A stretch of DNA of 64,000 nucleotides. Origin: a bacterium. Its GTDB lineage: Bacteria > UBA8248. Positions 60,288-64,000 of the stretch are shown here, in pieces; within the stretch, counting starts at the first letter, position 1; the number at the start of each line of letters is the position of its first letter. The DNA is taken from contig OY843592.1 in assembly GCA_963692865.2 (NCBI GenBank), positions 2,912,001 to 2,976,000 of the forward strand, read 5' to 3'. The notes under the pieces are model-generated. The model made no database searches and was not told where the DNA came from. It worked only from the letters and a program-made list of their open reading frames with translations. A program made the translations under genes and the position numbers.

Positions 60288-61616
60288 ATGCTGAACATAA
60301 AGCCTCCGGATACGGCGATTCAGATTATCGAAGCGCTTCAAGCCTCGGGCTATCGAGCGCTTCTGGCCGGCGGATGCGTGCGGGACGCCCTGCTCGGCCA
60401 CGAACCCAAAGACTGGGATATCGCCACGGACGCAACGCCCGAAATCGTGCAGGGGCGTTTCGAGAAAACCGTCGCAGTGGGGTCGCAGTTCGGAGTGGTG
60501 CGCGTGCGGGCGGACGACCACGAGTTCGAAGTGGCGCAATTTCGAGAAGACGGCGCCTACGGCGACGGGAGACACCCCGACTCTGTCCGTTCCTCCGATG
60601 AGCGAGGAGACGCGAGGCGGCGCGATTTCACCATCAACGGGATGTTTTACGACGCACTGAACGACCGGGTTCTCGATTACGTCGGCGGCCGGCGCGACCT
60701 TAAAGCGGGCATCATCCGGGCCATCGGCGAGCCGAAACTCAGGTTCCGCGAGGATCATTTGCGGATGATGCGGGCGGTTCGCTTCTCGGCGCGGTTCGGT
60801 TTCGCGCTCGACCCCGCGACCGCCGCCGCCATCGAAGCCCATTCGAAGCTCATCGTGAAAATCAGCCCCGAAAGAATCCGCGACGAGCTGACGACGATTC
60901 TGACCCAGGAGAACGCCGACGCCGCCCTCGCCATGCTCGATTCCACAGGACTCCTGGAGCACCTCCTTTCTGAAGTCGCCGCCATGAAAGGCGTCGCGCA
61001 GCCGCACGAGTTTCATCCAGAAGGCGACGTGTGGACGCACGTGCTCGCCATGCTGCGCATCAAGAAACGCTCCGCCCCGCCGACGCTCGCCTGGGGCGTG
61101 TTGCTCCATGATATCGGGAAACCCCCGACGTATACCGAAACCGACCGAATCCGCTTCAACGGGCACGACAAGGCCGGCGCGGCGATGAGTTCGGACATCT
61201 GCGATAGGCTCCGCATGCCCAAGGCGCGCGCGGCGAGAATCCGCGAACTCGTCGCCAATCACATGCGCTTCATGCACGTGGAGAAAATGAGGGCGAGCCG
61301 CCTCAAGCGCTTTCTGCGCGAACCGTATTTCGAAGAACTGCTCGAACTCCACCGCCTCGATTGCCTCGCCAGCCACGGGAACCTGAGGACCCATGAATTC
61401 TGCAAGCGCAAACTCGCGGAGCTTCGCGAGGAGGATTTGCGTCCGCCCCGCCTGCTCGACGGCCACGAACTCATGGCGATGGGCTACCCACCGGGACCCG
61501 GGCTGGGGGAAATCCTCCTCGCGCTCGAAGACGAGCAACTTGAGGGACGCATCTCCACCAGGGAGGAGGCCAGGGACTTCGCCGGGCGGAATTTCCCGCT
61601 CCACGAGGGTGATTGA
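60288..61616 (+). CDS. cca: CCA tRNA nucleotidyltransferase with HD domain
   Basis: GGCVRD, KDWDIAT, RRDFTING, EDHLRMMRAVRF, HPEGDVWTH, LLHDIGK. Confidence 0.92.
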   Translation: MLNIKPPDTAIQIIEALQASGYRALLAGGCVRDALLGHEPKDWDIATDATPEIVQGRFEKTVAVGSQFGVVRVRADDHEFEVAQFREDGAYGDGRHPDSVRSSDERGDARRRDFTINGMFYDALNDRVLDYVGGRRDLKAGIIRAIGEPKLRFREDHLRMMRAVRFSARFGFALDPATAAAIEAHSKLIVKISPERIRDELTTILTQENADAALAMLDSTGLLEHLLSEVAAMKGVAQPHEFHPEGDVWTHVLAMLRIKKRSAPPTLAWGVLLHDIGKPPTYTETDRIRFNGHDKAGAAMSSDICDRLRMPKARAARIRELVANHMRFMHVEKMRASRLKRFLREPYFEELLELHRLDCLASHGNLRTHEFCKRKLAELREEDLRPPRLLDGHELMAMGYPPGPGLGEILLALEDEQLEGRISTREEARDFAGRNFPLHEGD

Positions 61617-61676
61617 TCCGCGCGCCCGCCGGCGCTAGGATGGCCGAATCCGCATCCCTCGACTCTGGACGCCCCC

Positions 61677-62210
61677 ATGACGCGAATCTCCATCATGACG
61701 GCGCGCGAACTCGAACTCTCGCTCAGAAGAATCGCCTCCGAGATGGCCGAGGCCTGCGCGGCGGAAGAGAACGTCGCCCTCATCGGCGTGCTGACGCGCG
61801 GAGAACCGCTCGCCAGGCGGCTCAAGCGACACATTGAGGAACTGGAAGGCATCACCCCCCCCCTGGGCGCGCTCGACATCGGGCTTCACAGGGACGACGC
61901 CGGCCACCCCGCCGAGGGGCGCGGTTTCGAACCCACCCTCATCGACTTCGATCTCACGGGGCGGGGGGTGTTCCTGGTCGACGACGTCTTTTTCACGGGC
62001 AGGACGGCGCGCGCGGCCATAGACGCCGTGATGGAACTCGGACGCCCGCGCAAGATATGGCTCGCCGCCCTCATCGACCGCGGCCACAGGGAGCTCCCCT
62101 TCCGGCCCGACTTCATCGGCAAGAACGTGCCCACCTCGCTCGATGAGCGCGTCCGTGTCGGGATGCGCGAGGTGGACGGCGAGGACGGCGTGTGGCTGCT
62201 CAGGCAGTGA
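61677..62210 (+). CDS. pyrR: Second PyrR/UPRTase paralog
   Basis: GVLTRG, LHRDD, LVDDVFFTGRT, DRGHRELPFRPDFIGKN. Confidence 0.85.
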   Translation: MTRISIMTARELELSLRRIASEMAEACAAEENVALIGVLTRGEPLARRLKRHIEELEGITPPLGALDIGLHRDDAGHPAEGRGFEPTLIDFDLTGRGVFLVDDVFFTGRTARAAIDAVMELGRPRKIWLAALIDRGHRELPFRPDFIGKNVPTSLDERVRVGMREVDGEDGVWLLRQ

Positions 62211-62399
62211 CCCCGCCCGACGGCAAGTCCAACGTGGGGATGGGGGAGGGTTCGCAGCGCGGCCAAATGCGGGGAATTGCGGGCGAGGAGCGATTCCCGG
62301 CCGGGGCGGGAGGGGCCGCCGACCGACGAGCAAGGGCCGGATTGCGCGGTTTCGCAGGGACAGCTGGCGACCCGTCCCTGCAAAGCAACCGGCCGCATC

Positions 62400-62865
62400 G
62401 GGGTTGTTGAAAAAGCCCCCCTGAAAAGGGTGGTTGGGGGTCGAACCCGACCGGGGAGGGGTTGTTGAAAAAGTCCTCCACCGCCTCATTCTGCGTAGGC
62501 GTCTCCCAACCCGCCTCATCCCGATCAGCACCTACCCCAACCACCTCATCCTGAGTAGCGGCGGAGCCGCGTATCGAAGGATGCCCTCTCGCCACGACGC
62601 GGGAGGGTCGGCTCCCCCCGCCGCCTTTGACAGGCTCAGGACAGGCCCCTTCGATACGCGGCTCCGCCGCTACTCAGGGTGAGGAAAGAGACGTCGTCGG
62701 TTTGCAGGGTCGCATATGGGGCTTTTTCAACAGCCCCGGGGCGGGAGGGTTTGGAGGGAATCATGCTTCACCCGCTCCGCTCGCCCTCCCTCGGCTTGAA
62801 AACCAACCCCCTTGTCCCCCCCTGGTAAAAGCAACACCCCCGGCGAGAGGTTTTTCAACAGGTCT
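62400..62865. mobile_element. Nested MITE (outer 466 bp with GCATC target duplication; inner 62458-62737)
   Basis: GCATC|GGGGTTGTTGAAAAA...TTTTTCAACAGGTCT|GCATC; inner GGGGTTGTTGAAAAA...TTTTTCAACAGCCCC enclosing inverted CCTCATCCTGAGTAGCGG...TCGAAGG units. Confidence 0.78.
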
Positions 62866-63060
62866 GCATCCATGAGGCTCCTGCACGGAAACTCTCCGTT
62901 TGCGGAAGCGGTTCTTGACCGTCAAACGCGGAATTTCCCCCTACCCCGGGGCGCGCGCTTGTTGTAAGATGCCCTGTCCGGCCAAGGACGGCGCGGGCTT
63001 CGGTCCGCGTCGTATACCGCCGCTTCCGAACGCCGGGATTTCATATTGGGAGATACCCTG

Positions 63061-64000
63061 ATGGCCTCCCCGCCCGACCTTCCCGAGCGCCTCCTGGTCG
63101 CCGTGGGCGGCAACGCGACCCATCCGCCCGAGATACGCGGCACCGCCGCCGAGCAGGCCGCCATCGCCGCAGCGACCGGCCGCGCGCTGCTTCCCCTGCT
63201 CCAGCTTGAGAACGAACTCATCATCACGCACGGAAATGGGCCCGTCGTCGGCAAGATACTCATGCGCCAGGCGGTATCGAGCGAGCAGGTGACGCCCATG
63301 ACGCTCGACATCTGCGTCGCCCACAGCCAGGGGGGCATCGCCTACCTCCTCATGCAGGCGTTCGAGAACGCGCTGAGGCGCGCGGGCGACCCGCGCCACG
63401 TGGTCTGCCTGCTGACGCAGGTGGAGGTCGATCCGGCGGACCCGGCGTTCGACGCGCCCACCAAGTTCGTGGGCTACACCTACACGAAGGAAGAGGCGAA
63501 AAGATACGAGAAGGAGATGGGCTGGACGTTCCGCGAGGACGCGGGACGCGGCTGGCGGCACGTGGTCGCATCCCCAAAACCCAGGCACATCGTGGACATC
63601 TCGCTCATCGAGACGATCGCCAAAAGCGGCGCGGTGGTCATCGCGGGCGGCGGCGGTGGCATCCCCGTCGTGAGGGAAGCCGACGGCGCGCGCCGGGGGC
63701 TCGCCGCCGTGATCGACAAGGATTTGACTTCGGCCCTCATGGCGAACGTGCTCGGGGTCGAGACGATGATGATCCTCACCGCCGTGCCCCGTGTGGCGAT
63801 CCGTTTCGGGACGCCCGAACAGCAGGAACTGGAAAGAGTCTCCCTTGCAGACATCAAGGAATACCACGCCGAGGGCCACTTCCCGCCCGGCAGCATGGGT
63901 CCCAAGATAGACGCGGCGATCCGCTTTCTCGAAGGCGGCGGACGGCGGGTTTACATCGCCGCGCTGGAGGACGCCGTCCCCGCCCTGCGCGGCGAGACGG
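63061..64000 (+). CDS. arcC: Carbamate kinase (runs off right edge)
   Basis: Not in ORF track. Manual translation MASPPDLPERLLVAVGGNA...ITHGNGPVVG...PTKFVG...GGGGIPV...AVIDKDL...GSMGPKI. Confidence 0.93.
   Translation, partial: MASPPDLPERLLVAVGGNATHPPEIRGTAAEQAAIAAATGRALLPLLQLENELIITHGNGPVVGKILMRQAVSSEQVTPMTLDICVAHSQGGIAYLLMQAFENALRRAGDPRHVVCLLTQVEVDPADPAFDAPTKFVGYTYTKEEAKRYEKEMGWTFREDAGRGWRHVVASPKPRHIVDISLIETIAKSGAVVIAGGGGGIPVVREADGARRGLAAVIDKDLTSALMANVLGVETMMILTAVPRVAIRFGTPEQQELERVSLADIKEYHAEGHFPPGSMGPKIDAAIRFLEGGGRRVYIAALEDAVPALRGET

Overview
GC-rich bacterial chromosomal segment, probably from a diderm (LPS heptosyltransferase, SurA-type PPIases, DegQ). An ankyrin-repeat protein, TPR arrays and a haloacid dehalogenase hint at a host-associated lineage such as a sponge symbiont (inference only). 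Most of it is housekeeping: icd (partial), rsmA, lepA-lepB, dgt, alkA, gdhA, transaldolase, a pyrR-pyrB-pyrC-carA-carB operon with a PyrR attenuator, mfd, rodZ, aroF, comF, pdxA, cca, a second pyrR and carbamate kinase (partial). Highlights: (1) a selenium neighbourhood at 36.6-48.2 kb. It holds an acyl-CoA dehydrogenase pair co-transcribed with a UGA-recoded UGSC selenoprotein (SECIS hairpin visible) and its partner. It also holds a ridA-yqeB-[CbbQ/NorQ-type AAA+]-[CobT/NorD-type vWA]-yqeC-xdhC operon, which suggests an ATP-driven chaperone pair dedicated to Se-Mo cofactor maturation. (2) Two homologous 58-bp helically phased repeat arrays with IHF-like sites, in inverted orientation at ~1.0 and ~13.6 kb, bracketing an anomalously low-GC block of core genes. 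(3) A two-gene STAND/AAA ATPase plus STAND-wHTH-TPR module. (4) A Phe/Tyr-rich leader-peptide attenuator before aroF. (5) Four nests of MITE/REP-type repeats. No rRNA, tRNA or CRISPR array was seen.
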